Shown here: positions 1-9,465 of the stretch, piece after piece
Layout: each line of letters begins with the position of its first letter
How positions within the stretch are numbered: the first letter of the stretch is position 1
Assembly: GCA_016187485.1 (NCBI GenBank)
Contig: JACPJO010000005.1
Span: 71,499-135,498, forward strand
Length of the DNA: 64,000 bases
Source of the DNA: Candidatus Uhrbacteria bacterium
GTDB taxonomy: Bacteria; Patescibacteriota; Patescibacteriia; UBA9934; UBA10169
Reading direction: 5' to 3'
The notes under the pieces: model-generated
The model's database searches: none
The model's input: the letters and a program-made list of their open reading frames with translations, nothing else
What the model was told of the DNA's origin: nothing
Translations under genes and position numbers: made by a program

Positions 1-732
1 GGAATTTTTCCTGAAGACATCTCCACGTGGATGGATGCGCTTGCCCTCTGCCCCCATGTACGTGTGGCAGGGATGTACACGCATCTGGCTCGTGCGGAGG
101 AGATCGGGCACCCGATGACACAAAGGCAAGTCGACGTGCTTTACGCGACAGTGGGGAAGGTGGCGGATCGATTGCCAAACCTCTTGTTTGTTCACGCGGC
201 CTCGGCAGCCGCCGTTCTGGCATTTCCCCATGCGCACGGCACGGCGGTGCGCCCTGGCCTTAGTCTTTACGGCTATTGGCCAGAAGAAACATTTGAGCAG
301 TCCGTGCGACTCAAACATCCGTCGCTCACTCTCACGCCCGCTTTGAGTTGGTACTCTCGCATTGCCCAGGTGAAAGATTATCCGGCGGGCACGCCTGTAG
401 GTTACGGGGGTTCAGAGGTGTTGAATCGGCCCACGCGCCTTGCGGTGGTTCCGGTTGGATACTACGATGGGTATGACCGACGGCTCTCCTCGAAGGGAGA
501 AGTTTTGGTGCGTGGAGAGCGATGTCGTGTCATTGGACGCGTGTGCATGAACATGATGATGGTGGATGCCTCCCGTGTGCCTTCGCCTGTCCGCGGAGAG
601 AATGTGACTTTGCTTGGGACGAGTGGAGCGCATAAAGTCTGGGCTGATGAACTTGCCAAACGTTCCGGCACCATCACGTGGGAAATCCTCGCGCGGCTCT
701 CCTCGCACCTCCCACGGCTCATCGTGCCTTAG
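1..732 (+). CDS. alr: Alanine racemase, C-terminal portion (gene begins upstream of the window)
   Basis: The frame is open from nt 1 (the ORF track reports 31..732). The translation carries alanine-racemase C-domain motifs (GLSLYG, PVGYGG, VVPVGYYDGYDRRL, GRVCMNMMMVD). Confidence 0.85.
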   Translation, partial: GIFPEDISTWMDALALCPHVRVAGMYTHLARAEEIGHPMTQRQVDVLYATVGKVADRLPNLLFVHAASAAAVLAFPHAHGTAVRPGLSLYGYWPEETFEQSVRLKHPSLTLTPALSWYSRIAQVKDYPAGTPVGYGGSEVLNRPTRLAVVPVGYYDGYDRRLSSKGEVLVRGERCRVIGRVCMNMMMVDASRVPSPVRGENVTLLGTSGAHKVWADELAKRSGTITWEILARLSSHLPRLIVP

Positions 733-733
733 T

Positions 734-1573
734 ATGCAAAGGCGAAACTTTCTCCACCGTCTTGGGCGAAAAAAGTGGGCGTCGTCGCCTTACAAGAATC
801 CGTATTTTGATGCCAGTGCCCCGCTTGGTTCACGCTTCTCGTTTCAGAGGATGCTCACAGTCGGACTCTGGCTCGTGCTGTTTGTCGCACTCTTTCTTGG
901 CCTTTTTTGGACGCCGATTCTTCGCGTAGACGAGGTTCGTGTCTCTGGCGTGCGCTATATTGACGAAGCAACCGTACAGGCGCGTGTAGAGGAAGCGCTT
1001 TCCGGCGCGTACGTGTGGATTATTCCTCGCAACCACCGTTTTTTTCTTCCTCTCGAACGTATCCGCGAAAGTCTCGGCGAAGCATTTTTGTTAAACACAG
1101 TGGATCTTCGTTCAACGGGGAGGGCTCTTGATGTCGTCATTTCGGAAAAACTTTCTCGTGCCCTTTGGCGCGTCGGGCCGGCTTCCTACATCATGGACGA
1201 GCACGGCGTGATTGTCGGTGAACAAGGTCTTGAACCGCTCCCGCTTGTGTCCATCGTGGACGTGAGAGAGGAGGCCGTTTCTGTTGGACAGCGAGTTTTG
1301 TCAGAAGAGGAAAGCATAAATCTTCTTGAGCTCGTTTCTGTGCTTGGCGAGAGGGGAGTGGCCATCTCAGAGATCCTCTACGACAAGGATCAACCCTACT
1401 TCGTCCAGATTGTCGTTCCACCCGGATACAAAGTCATTGTAGACCCAGCCACACCGTTAGCGGAGCAGTTAGATCGATACACAACGGTTCTGCGGACAGA
1501 TTCACGTGACCCAAGTGTCTACGAATATATAGACGTGCGATTTGGTAACAGAGTGTACGTAAAGGATCGTTAG
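734..1573 (+). CDS. ftsQ: FtsQ/DivIB-like cell division protein (N-terminal TM helix plus POTRA-like region)
   Basis: An in-frame ATG at 734 lies 1 nt after the alr stop. The product has an N-terminal TM segment (LTVGLWLVLFVALFLGLFW) followed by ILRVDEVRVSGVRYIDEATVQARVEE, which is typical of FtsQ POTRA domains. Confidence 0.6.
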   Translation: MQRRNFLHRLGRKKWASSPYKNPYFDASAPLGSRFSFQRMLTVGLWLVLFVALFLGLFWTPILRVDEVRVSGVRYIDEATVQARVEEALSGAYVWIIPRNHRFFLPLERIRESLGEAFLLNTVDLRSTGRALDVVISEKLSRALWRVGPASYIMDEHGVIVGEQGLEPLPLVSIVDVREEAVSVGQRVLSEEESINLLELVSVLGERGVAISEILYDKDQPYFVQIVVPPGYKVIVDPATPLAEQLDRYTTVLRTDSRDPSVYEYIDVRFGNRVYVKDR

Positions 1574-1581
1574 GCCATTGG

Positions 1582-1611
1582 AGGGTCGTCTAATATGCAT
1601 TGTACGACCCT
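1582..1611. terminator. Bidirectional hairpin (AGGGTCGT-14 nt loop-ACGACCCT) between the convergent ftsQ-like and membrane-protein genes, followed by a T-rich tract
   Basis: A perfect 8-bp inverted repeat read directly from the sequence, sitting in convergent intergenic space. Confidence 0.5.
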
Positions 1612-1662
1612 AGATATTTCTCTTTACGCTTGTTTTTAGATACTCCCCCATCTCACGTATTC

Positions 1663-2058
1663 TTAAAACAACAGCGGTGACTCAACGAGTTTACGTATGA
1701 CAAGCAGAAAAATTCCAAGTACGAGTCCCCCGAGTGATCCGAGGACAGCAACCGAGATGGCGTTTGGCATCTTGATGGATTCCTTAATGAATCCCCCACT
1801 CACGTACAAGATGATGATGAGGGGAAACCCGGTAAGCGTGATGCCCAAAATCCGTATAGGCCACCAGGAGACCAGCATGCTTGCTCCGAGAAATAAGAGG
1901 CCGGCAGCGATGGTGAAGCCAAGATATTTAAGGACGACGCCAAAACGTGGCACCTGCCAGACGGCGTCACGCATGAAGAAAAACAGCATGACAATGAGCG
2001 TGAGGAGCGACGCGCCAATAATGAAGTACGCGACGGCTAAGTAGAGAGTTTCGGGCAT
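1663..2058 (-). CDS. Small polytopic membrane protein, unknown function
   Basis: ORF 1663..2184, trimmed to the internal Met (MPETLYLAVAYF...) so that it does not overlap the upstream peptidase gene. It encodes four hydrophobic helices. Confidence 0.4.
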   Translation of the reverse strand: MPETLYLAVAYFIIGASLLTLIVMLFFFMRDAVWQVPRFGVVLKYLGFTIAAGLLFLGASMLVSWWPIRILGITLTGFPLIIILYVSGGFIKESIKMPNAISVAVLGSLGGLVLGIFLLVIRKLVESPLLF

Positions 2059-2071
2059 AGGATACGTTCTG

Positions 2072-3271
2072 TTATGGAGCCGCAATGAGCGGCCACGGGT
2101 CAATGGGGATTCCCCCTTTGCGAATCTCAAAGTGGAGGTGCGGGCCTGTTGAGAGGCCGGCTCCGCGTGTCCCGCGCGCGCCACCGGATTTAGCGATCAC
2201 TTGCCCGCGTGAAACGAATTGGTCAGCGACGACTTCAAAACCGGACAGATGCGCATAGAGCGTTGCCATACCGTCCGTGTGGATGATCATAAGGTAATTC
2301 CCATAGAGTCTTCCCTGCCGCGTCCACGCCACAACACCCGGCGCGGCTGCATACACGTCACTTCCTTGCGGAGTGGCAATATCCAGACCGGAGTGCTCAA
2401 ACAGACGTCTAAAGGGATAGGACGGGTCGCGGAATGTGGTTGTGATACGACGGGACGATATCGGGAGAGGCCAGCTGAACTTGCCTCCAAGCTCGCCGCC
2501 ATCTTGACCGCGCAAACGCGCTTCGATATCGTCCTGCAGACTGGCAATCTCACGCTCGATGGCATTTTGCTCGCGCGCAAGCTCCGCAATGAGTCCCTGG
2601 TATTCGGATTCGGAATCGCGCGTTGCTGTGATGAGAGACTGCTTTGCTATCTCTTCGCGCGCCAAACTCCCCTTTTGCACGTCAAGGTCTTCCGCAAGTT
2701 TCTGTGCCTGTCCCAATCGTTCTTCCCGCTCCTCTTTGTAGGATTCTGTCTCGCTTGTCAGTGTTTTTGTCTCTTCGAGCGTCTCTGCAAGACGGCGATT
2801 AAGTTCTTCGTAGTGCCGTACGCGCTCAAAAAATTCAGAGAACGTCTTTGTCTGCACGAGGAGAAAAAGCCGGCTTTGCTTGTCCGACGCTTGAATAGCT
2901 CGTAGAGTCGCACGGAGCGATGCCTTCTCTCCTTCCCCGCGTTCTCGTAAAAGTTCAATCTCTTCTTCAATCAACGTAAGCTCGTCCGTGAGAGTGGATT
3001 TTTTCAATTCCGTTGCCTCAATGTCAAGCTCAATTTTTGCCAACCGGTTTTCAAGCACAGCCATTTGAGTCTCTAATGTCCGCGCATGCTTTTGAATGGT
3101 CGTGAGTTCTTTTTCCAGCGCCTCAATACGTTCGTTCACGCCAGAAAGATTCTCGCGCTTTTCGCGAATAGCGTTCTCGATAACCGTGATGTCCTCCGTC
3201 TGCGCAAAAACTCCCTTCGTGAACACAAGGGAGAGAACCATCGAGGCAAAAAAGACTCGGTAAAGTATCAT
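2072..3271 (-). CDS. M23 family metallopeptidase with an N-terminal signal peptide and long coiled-coil (EnvC-like)
   Basis: The product has a signal peptide (MILYRVFFASMVLSLVFTKGVFA) and about 250 aa of heptad-rich coiled coil. The C-terminus carries the M23 signature (HTDGMATLYAHL...GPHLHFEIR). Confidence 0.8.
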   Translation of the reverse strand: MILYRVFFASMVLSLVFTKGVFAQTEDITVIENAIREKRENLSGVNERIEALEKELTTIQKHARTLETQMAVLENRLAKIELDIEATELKKSTLTDELTLIEEEIELLRERGEGEKASLRATLRAIQASDKQSRLFLLVQTKTFSEFFERVRHYEELNRRLAETLEETKTLTSETESYKEEREERLGQAQKLAEDLDVQKGSLAREEIAKQSLITATRDSESEYQGLIAELAREQNAIEREIASLQDDIEARLRGQDGGELGGKFSWPLPISSRRITTTFRDPSYPFRRLFEHSGLDIATPQGSDVYAAAPGVVAWTRQGRLYGNYLMIIHTDGMATLYAHLSGFEVVADQFVSRGQVIAKSGGARGTRGAGLSTGPHLHFEIRKGGIPIDPWPLIAAP

Positions 3272-4734
3272 GCAAGGCGCTTACGGGCTTCTTCAAGCCG
3301 ATAGAGCGTCTCTAGTTTACCAAAAACCCAGGCAAGTTCATACGGGCTTGGGGATTGCGCTTTGCCGGAAAGGGCAACACGCATAGGCCAGAGCACTCCC
3401 CCGCGGTCAAGCTGGTTTGCCGCAAGATACGTCTGCACGTTATTCTCAAGAGCCAACACTTCGGAAAATATCTCATCCGCAACTGTGGAAAGATGTTCAA
3501 CGAGTCTTCCGAGTTGTGCAACAGCGTCCTCACGTGTGGACTTCCTCCACACAAGAAGGCCGGGATCGTAGTCCAGCGGTTCAAGATACGGCCCGAGACG
3601 TCCTGGCAATTCGGCAAGGGTTGTTGCCCGTTCGCGCTCGACTGTCAGCGCACGCAAAAGGACAGGATTTTGAAAGTCCAGTGTTTCCGAAAAAGGGTGT
3701 ACGGCGCGCGCGAGTTCCTCGATATTAAGGTGGCGGAGATAGTGGGCGTTCACCCAGTCGAGTTTTTCATAGTTCACAACGGCGCCGGCGCGGTTTACCC
3801 GCGAGAGATCAAACAGAGCGGTAAGTTCTTCTGTGGAGTAAATCTCTTGATCTGATTTTGGATTGAATCCAAGCGTGGCGACAAAGTTATTCAAAGCCGC
3901 GGGAAGATACCCGCGTTTCAAGTAATCCTCCACCGCCACGTCTCCTTGTCGTTTGGAGAGTTTTGTTCGATCGGCATTTAATAAATTCGGTAAGTGGGCA
4001 AACGTCGGGGCCTCCCACCCAAGAGCCGCGTAGAGCATGATTTGCTTAGGTGTGGAAGAAATCCAGTCCTCTCCTCGCAGGACATGCGAAATCTCCATGA
4101 AGTGATCATCCACGACTACCGCAAGATGGTAGGTTGGGAAACCATCGGATTTTAAGAGAACTTGGTCGTCCACGTCGGCGTTGGGAAATTTCATGGCGCC
4201 GTAGACGACGTCCTCAAAAATTGTCTCACCATCGGGGACCAGAAGGCGGATGACATACGACTCCCCCGCTCCCGCGCGACGGTCAGATTCTTCTTTTGAG
4301 AGGTGTAGGCATGTGCGATCGTATTTTGTCATGCGCTTTGCCAGCGTTTGCTCTCGCCGCATGGTCTCTAGTCGTTCGGCGGAACAAAAACACCGATACG
4401 CCGAGCCCACGCGCAACAGTTCTTCCGCCCACTGTTTGTAGGTATCAAGCCGTTTTGATTGGATGTATGGTCCAAAAGATCCTTTCTCTGCGATGTCTCC
4501 CTTGTCGTCGAGGACCGGTCCCTCGTCGTAGGAAATTCCCATCACGTCAAGCGTGCGGATAAGCGCTTCGGTTGCTCCGGGGATGTAGCGCTCGCGATCG
4601 GTGTCTTCGATGCGGAAAACGAGCGATCCCTGATGTTGGCGCGCAAAAAAATAGGCGTAGAGTGCAGTGCGGAGTCCGCCAATGTGCAGATAGCCCGTGG
4701 GAGAAGGAGCAAAACGTGTGCGAACCGGTTTCAT
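3268..4734 (-). CDS. gltX: Glutamyl-tRNA synthetase
   Basis: The translation has a class I HIGH motif (PTGYLHIGGLRTALYAY) and KLSKR (KMSKS-like). The start is set at MKPVRTRFAPSPTG, and its ATG overlaps the upstream stop (ATGA). Confidence 0.9.
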   Translation of the reverse strand: MKPVRTRFAPSPTGYLHIGGLRTALYAYFFARQHQGSLVFRIEDTDRERYIPGATEALIRTLDVMGISYDEGPVLDDKGDIAEKGSFGPYIQSKRLDTYKQWAEELLRVGSAYRCFCSAERLETMRREQTLAKRMTKYDRTCLHLSKEESDRRAGAGESYVIRLLVPDGETIFEDVVYGAMKFPNADVDDQVLLKSDGFPTYHLAVVVDDHFMEISHVLRGEDWISSTPKQIMLYAALGWEAPTFAHLPNLLNADRTKLSKRQGDVAVEDYLKRGYLPAALNNFVATLGFNPKSDQEIYSTEELTALFDLSRVNRAGAVVNYEKLDWVNAHYLRHLNIEELARAVHPFSETLDFQNPVLLRALTVERERATTLAELPGRLGPYLEPLDYDPGLLVWRKSTREDAVAQLGRLVEHLSTVADEIFSEVLALENNVQTYLAANQLDRGGVLWPMRVALSGKAQSPSPYELAWVFGKLETLYRLEEARKRLA

Positions 4735-5495
4735 ATGGATCGCAGTGTACTTCGAATGACAAGGATTGGAAAGAGAATAACCGCGTGATAGATGCGCCGG
4801 AAACGTCGTGGTTCGCAGAGGAGTCGGTACATCCACTCAAGTCCAAACGCGCGCATCCAACGTGGGGCGCGCGTTTGGCGGCCCGAGAGGAATTCCAGAG
4901 CTCCGCCGATACCGATACCGACACGCACAGAAGAAAAACTTTTCAGATGCTCCGCGAGCCACCGCTCTTGTTTGCCATGCCCGAGAGAGACAGCAAGAAT
5001 ATGCGGCTGCCATTCATGGATTGTACGAATAATCTCCTCTCCACCCGACCATACTTCCCCATCCATCGTTATAGGTCCGCCACCCACACCGCGCGCAAGG
5101 AGCCCAGGATACATTCGGGCGAGATTTTCCGCAGCACGAGGTGCATCCTCATTATGCATCCCACCGACAAGCAGAAGTCGCTTTCCCCCCCGTGCTGATT
5201 GACGAGCAAGAGTGTGGAGCGCATCAACACCTGAAAAGCGTACAAGCTTCTTTCCCAGTAAAAATGCGGCGAGGACAAGACCAAAACCGTCTACCAACCG
5301 GAGGTCGGCAGAATTCAACACCTTGCGGAAATGTGGATCTTTTTCGGCCAAAACTAACATTTCCGGGTTTGGCGTGACGACAAGCGCGGCTTTCGTCCCC
5401 TGGAGAAACCCAAAGAGGCGCCCACCCACTTCTTGACGAGTTATAGACTCGAGCCCTACGCCAAGAAGAGCCACAGATTGTTCATTTATCCCCAT
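4731..5495 (-). CDS. WecB/TagA/CpsF family glycosyltransferase
   Basis: The 254-aa translation matches the WecB/TagA/CpsF family (LLGVGL..., VTPNPEMLV, LRLVDGFGLV). Confidence 0.7.
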   Translation of the reverse strand: MGINEQSVALLGVGLESITRQEVGGRLFGFLQGTKAALVVTPNPEMLVLAEKDPHFRKVLNSADLRLVDGFGLVLAAFLLGKKLVRFSGVDALHTLARQSARGGKRLLLVGGMHNEDAPRAAENLARMYPGLLARGVGGGPITMDGEVWSGGEEIIRTIHEWQPHILAVSLGHGKQERWLAEHLKSFSSVRVGIGIGGALEFLSGRQTRAPRWMRAFGLEWMYRLLCEPRRFRRIYHAVILFPILVIRSTLRSI

Positions 5496-5538
5496 AGGAG
5501 CCAGAAAATAATACCAGAATTGCTATAATTTCACTATA

Positions 5539-5567
5539 TTTGACGCGGTACAATTAGCACTCTATAC
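5539..5567 (+). promoter_or_regulatory. Sigma-70-like promoter of clpB (-35 TTGACG, 17-nt spacer, -10 TATACT)
   Basis: Hexamers read from the sequence about 20 nt upstream of the clpB ATG. The -10 element overlaps the CIRCE operator. Confidence 0.55.
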
Positions 5568-5580
5568 TTTCGAGTGCTAA
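5554..5580 (+). promoter_or_regulatory. CIRCE operator (TTAGCACTC-N9-GAGTGCTAA) upstream of clpB
   Basis: A perfect 9-N9-9 inverted repeat matching the HrcA-binding consensus. It is identical to the element upstream of hrcA at 61539..61565. Confidence 0.85.
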
Positions 5581-5587
5581 AACGTTT

Positions 5588-8218
5588 ATGCTCCCAAACA
5601 ATTTTACCCACAAGTCGCAAGAAGCTATTCAGCAAGCGCATATGCTGGCACAGGAAAATGGTCAGCCAGCCATAGAGCCGATTCACCTTTTGGCCTCCCT
5701 CCTCCGTCAGGACGATGGTGTGGTCGTCTCTCTTTTCCAAAAATTGGAGGTGGTGATCTCTGCCCTGCGTGCCGATATTGATGAGATTCTCGATTCCCTT
5801 CCCCGCCAACGTGGTCCGCGGCCCAATGTGCTGGGGCAGGTGTATCTTTCCCAGGAAATGGCCAATGTCTTTGGCGCAGCGGCAGAGTTTGCAAAACAAT
5901 TCAATGATGACTTCATTTCTACCGAGCACCTGTTGCTTGGGCTGCTGCGTGACAAAAACGTGGGAAGTTTTCTTGCAAAGTATAACGTGAATGAAGAGGC
6001 CGTGATGCGCGCGCTCAAAGATATTCGCGGGTCGCAGCGCGTGGATACACAAGAGCCTGAATCTCGTTACCAAGCGCTTGAAAAGTATTCGCGTAACTTA
6101 ACGGAAGAAGCGCGTAAAGGGCGTTTGGATCCTGTGATTGGGCGCGATACAGAAATTCGCCGCGTCATGCAAGTACTTTCGCGCCGCAAGAAGAACAACC
6201 CTGTGTTAATCGGCGAGGCGGGCGTGGGAAAGACCGCCATCATGGAAGGACTTGCCCAGCGTATTGTGGACAGTGACGTCCCAGAGCTTCTCAAAAACAA
6301 AGAGGTCGTCTCGCTTGATCTCGGCGCTCTTGTGGCGGGGACAAAGTATCGTGGAGAGTTCGAGGACCGGCTCAAAGCTGTTCTTAAGGAGATTCACCAA
6401 TCAGGTGACCGTTTCATTTTATTTATTGATGAATTGCACACCGTTGTGGGTGCGGGAACGTCGGAAGGCGGCACGCTGGACGCCTCCAATATGCTGAAAC
6501 CTGCGCTGGCGCGCGGGGAGCTTCGTGCGGTGGGGGCAACAACGCTCAAGGAGTATCAAAAATATATCGAGAAGGATCCGGCGCTTGAACGGCGATTCCA
6601 GCCGGTGTTTGTCGACGAACCGGATGCGGAAGATACGATTGCAATTCTGCGTGGTATCAAAGAAAAGTACGAGGTGCACCACGGAGTGCGCATTACGGAC
6701 CCTGCGCTGGTGTCGGCGGTAGAGTTGTCGGTGCGCTACATTTCTGATCGCCAACTGCCGGATAAAGCGGTGGATTTGATTGATGAAGCCGCCGCGAGTT
6801 TGCGCATGCAGATTGATTCGATGCCAGAAGAGCTCGATAGCATGAAGCGCGATCTTATGCGACTTGAAATTGAAGCGAAGGCTCTCGAAAGCGAGAAAGA
6901 CAAGGTGTCTACCGCGCGGCGGAAAGAGATTGAACGGCTGCTTGGCGATTTGCGCGAGAAGGTCATGGGTCTTGAAGCGCGGTGGCAAAATGAGAAAGAA
7001 AAAATTACAGACATTCACCGTATTAAGGAAGACACGGAAAAACTCAAATTGAAAGCCGAAATTGCCGAGCGTCAACAGAATCTCGAAGAGGTTGCGCGCA
7101 TTCGTTATTCAGAGATTCCAGCAAAGGAGAAAGATTTGCAGAAAGCCGGACGCGCGCTGCGAGAACTTCAAAAAGACCGCGGTATTCTGAAGGAGGAGGT
7201 CACCGAGGAAGATATTGCCGTCGTTGTTTCACGGTGGACGAATATTCCGGTGGCGAAAATGCTTGAATCAGAACGGGCGAAGCTTGTGCGCATGGAAGAG
7301 GAGATCAAGAAACGTGTGGTTGGACAGGATGATGCCATTGTGGCCGTCTCGAATGCCCTTCGCCGTTCACGCGCAGGCGTCGCCGAAGAAAATCGGCCGA
7401 TCGGCTCCTTCATTTTTATGGGGCCGACAGGGGTGGGAAAGACGGAGTTGGCGCGGGCGCTTGCGGAATTCATGTTTAACGACGAGGACGCACTCATCCG
7501 GCTTGATATGAGCGAGTACATGGAGAAGCATGCCACAAGTAAGATGCTCGGTTCCCCGCCGGGGTATGTCGGTTACGAGGAAGGTGGACAGCTGACCGAG
7601 ATTATTCGTCGCCGGCCATACGCGGTCGTGTTATTCGATGAGATAGAGAAGGCGCACCCAGATACGTTTAACGTTCTCCTGCAGATTCTCGATGACGGGC
7701 GACTTACGGATGCGAAAGGGCGTAAAGTAAATTTCAAGAATACGATTGTCATCATGACATCCAACATCGGGTCAGACCTGATCCTTTCTTCTGGCGCGCG
7801 CGGTGCTATTGGATTTACGGCGAGCGAAGGAGCGGCAGGAGAACGCCAGGAAATACATACACGCTTGCAGGAGATGCTGCGTGATCATTTCCGACCGGAG
7901 TTTTTGAATCGCATTGACGACACGATTGTCTTCGATCCTCTTCAACAGGCGGACCTCAGTCACATTGTGGAACTTCAGCTCGCTCGCGTAGCGAAGCGTT
8001 TACATGAGCACCACGACTTGACGCTCGATGTTTCCGATTCAGCGAAGAAAGTGTTGACGCAGCACGGGTTTGATCCGAAATACGGGGCGAGACCGCTCAA
8101 GCGCGCTATACAGACATACCTTCTCAACCCCCTCGCAAAAGAGATTCTTGCGGGCGACATCAAAGACGGCAGTAAGGTTCGTGTGAGTGCAAAGAACGGA
8201 ACATTATTGTTTACCTAA
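5588..8218 (+). CDS. clpB: ClpB disaggregase (two AAA+ domains plus middle coiled coil)
   Basis: The 876-aa product has an N-domain, two Walker A motifs ([16 protein letters not shown]) and a middle coiled-coil region. Confidence 0.95.
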   Translation: MLPNNFTHKSQEAIQQAHMLAQENGQPAIEPIHLLASLLRQDDGVVVSLFQKLEVVISALRADIDEILDSLPRQRGPRPNVLGQVYLSQEMANVFGAAAEFAKQFNDDFISTEHLLLGLLRDKNVGSFLAKYNVNEEAVMRALKDIRGSQRVDTQEPESRYQALEKYSRNLTEEARKGRLDPVIGRDTEIRRVMQVLSRRKKNNPVLIGEAGVGKTAIMEGLAQRIVDSDVPELLKNKEVVSLDLGALVAGTKYRGEFEDRLKAVLKEIHQSGDRFILFIDELHTVVGAGTSEGGTLDASNMLKPALARGELRAVGATTLKEYQKYIEKDPALERRFQPVFVDEPDAEDTIAILRGIKEKYEVHHGVRITDPALVSAVELSVRYISDRQLPDKAVDLIDEAAASLRMQIDSMPEELDSMKRDLMRLEIEAKALESEKDKVSTARRKEIERLLGDLREKVMGLEARWQNEKEKITDIHRIKEDTEKLKLKAEIAERQQNLEEVARIRYSEIPAKEKDLQKAGRALRELQKDRGILKEEVTEEDIAVVVSRWTNIPVAKMLESERAKLVRMEEEIKKRVVGQDDAIVAVSNALRRSRAGVAEENRPIGSFIFMGPTGVGKTELARALAEFMFNDEDALIRLDMSEYMEKHATSKMLGSPPGYVGYEEGGQLTEIIRRRPYAVVLFDEIEKAHPDTFNVLLQILDDGRLTDAKGRKVNFKNTIVIMTSNIGSDLILSSGARGAIGFTASEGAAGERQEIHTRLQEMLRDHFRPEFLNRIDDTIVFDPLQQADLSHIVELQLARVAKRLHEHHDLTLDVSDSAKKVLTQHGFDPKYGARPLKRAIQTYLLNPLAKEILAGDIKDGSKVRVSAKNGTLLFT

Positions 8219-8255
8219 ACGAAAGAGAGCCCGGAGGCTCTCAAGAGAGAAGGAA
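8216..8255. repeat. Copy 1 of a ~45-nt direct repeat containing a GAGAGCC-N4-GGCTCTC hairpin
   Basis: TAAACGAAAGAGAGCCCGGAGGCTCTCAAGAGAGAAGGA is about 85% identical to the stretch at 9426..9465. The repeat begins with the clpB stop codon TAA. Confidence 0.7.
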
Positions 8256-8270
8256 CGAGTTTGCAGCGAG

Positions 8271-9278
8271 CTACTTGCTCACTGCCTTGTCCACGGAAAG
8301 GACGAGCCGCGAATCGGCTCCGAGCTCGAAGGAGCTGTCGGCGGTGATGGGCATCACCCGTCCGTTCATCGACCCCATGGCGAGGTAGCCCTGGGCGGTG
8401 AGCTCTGCGAGAAGCTCGGGCCGGACGTGGTATGTGCCGGGCGAGACGATCCAGTAGCCGGCGAGGGCGCTGTTGGACTCGACTGGATTGCCCGCGGCGT
8501 TGTAGAGGGGGTTGTTGGCGGCATCGCGTGCCTGCGACCGTCGCTCGAAGACGATCTGCTCGGACGCGAATTCGAGCAGGTGCTCGTCCGGATCGCCGAA
8601 GGCTGGTGTCACAACTTCGACCACCGGCATTTCGTGCAAGACCACCTCCAACACGTTCTCCATGCCGATCTTGAGGGTGGAGCTGTCGAGCTCGCCCCAG
8701 TAGATGGAGCGGCCGATGGGGCTCGTGCGCAGAACGATGGTTCCCACACCGGCGTAGGTCTGGAAGCGGATCCGGTTCGAGTACTCCTCGGCTTCCTCGG
8801 CGAACTTACGGCCTTCCATCTGGTATTGGTCGCCGCTGTACACCAGGGCGACTTCCCATGTGCTGAGGGAGTCCGTCGTGACTTCCACGGTTGCGCTCCC
8901 GGCGCTCACCGTCACGTTGGCGCGGCACCAGTCGGCGAAACCTGCCTTCTGGAACTTGTCGCTGAGTTCGTTGCAGGCGAGTTCGCCGCTGCTCAACTGG
9001 TAGACCAGCGGAAGGTTGCGGCGGACCATGTAGGCGCCTTCCAGCGTGGCAAGACTTCGCCGACGGATGACCTCCTCGGCCCAGGTCAGATTCCCCACCT
9101 CGCCGGAAGGCTTCTCGGTCACGAGACGCGCCACGACCGTGGCCTTGGTGGGGTCGTCCACCTGCACCGTCGACGTGGTGGTGCCGGACTCCGGCTCGGC
9201 GGCGAAGGCACTCCCGGCGAAGAGCGTGACGCTGGTGATGACGAAGGCGCAGAGCGCCGACAGACTGTGGCTAGACAT
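8271..9278 (-). CDS. Secreted protein of unknown function (signal peptide, ~65% GC)
   Basis: The 335-aa ORF has a signal peptide (MSSHSLSALCAFVITSVTLFAGSAFA). Its composition is balanced, whereas the opposite-strand 413-aa ORF is Gly/Arg/His-rich shadow. Identical hairpin repeats flank the gene. Confidence 0.6.
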   Translation of the reverse strand: MSSHSLSALCAFVITSVTLFAGSAFAAEPESGTTTSTVQVDDPTKATVVARLVTEKPSGEVGNLTWAEEVIRRRSLATLEGAYMVRRNLPLVYQLSSGELACNELSDKFQKAGFADWCRANVTVSAGSATVEVTTDSLSTWEVALVYSGDQYQMEGRKFAEEAEEYSNRIRFQTYAGVGTIVLRTSPIGRSIYWGELDSSTLKIGMENVLEVVLHEMPVVEVVTPAFGDPDEHLLEFASEQIVFERRSQARDAANNPLYNAAGNPVESNSALAGYWIVSPGTYHVRPELLAELTAQGYLAMGSMNGRVMPITADSSFELGADSRLVLSVDKAVSK

Positions 9279-9394
9279 GTACGTTCCTCCGTATGTCCGG
9301 TTTTCCCTCCCGTGGATCCAGTATACCCACGTTCAGGACCAGGAAACATAGGGCAATTTTTCAGAAATGTCAATGTTCAGCCCCTCACATGCCC

Positions 9395-9423
9395 AAAAAT
9401 CAGGAGCTTAGCTCCTGATTTTT
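9395..9423. terminator. Perfect 13-bp-stem hairpin AAAAATCAGGAGC-TTA-GCTCCTGATTTTT (bidirectional rho-independent terminator)
   Basis: Read directly from the sequence. It lies between the XDH-family operon and the secreted-protein gene. Confidence 0.7.
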
Positions 9424-9425
9424 GG

Positions 9426-9465
9426 TAAACGAAAGAGAGCCCGGGGGCTCTCGAGGGAGAAAGGA
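9426..9465. repeat. Copy 2 of the ~45-nt hairpin-containing direct repeat
   Basis: TAAACGAAAGAGAGCCCGGGGGCTCTCGAGGGAGAAAGGA sits immediately 3' of the FAD-subunit gene. On the minus strand it reads as a stem-loop followed by TTTCGTTTA. Confidence 0.7.

Noticed and set aside
8187-9428. 413-aa plus-strand ORF
   Set aside because: It is rich in Gly, Arg, His, Asp and Ala and antisense to a well-formed secreted-protein gene. This is a typical shadow ORF from the high GC3 of the minus-strand gene.
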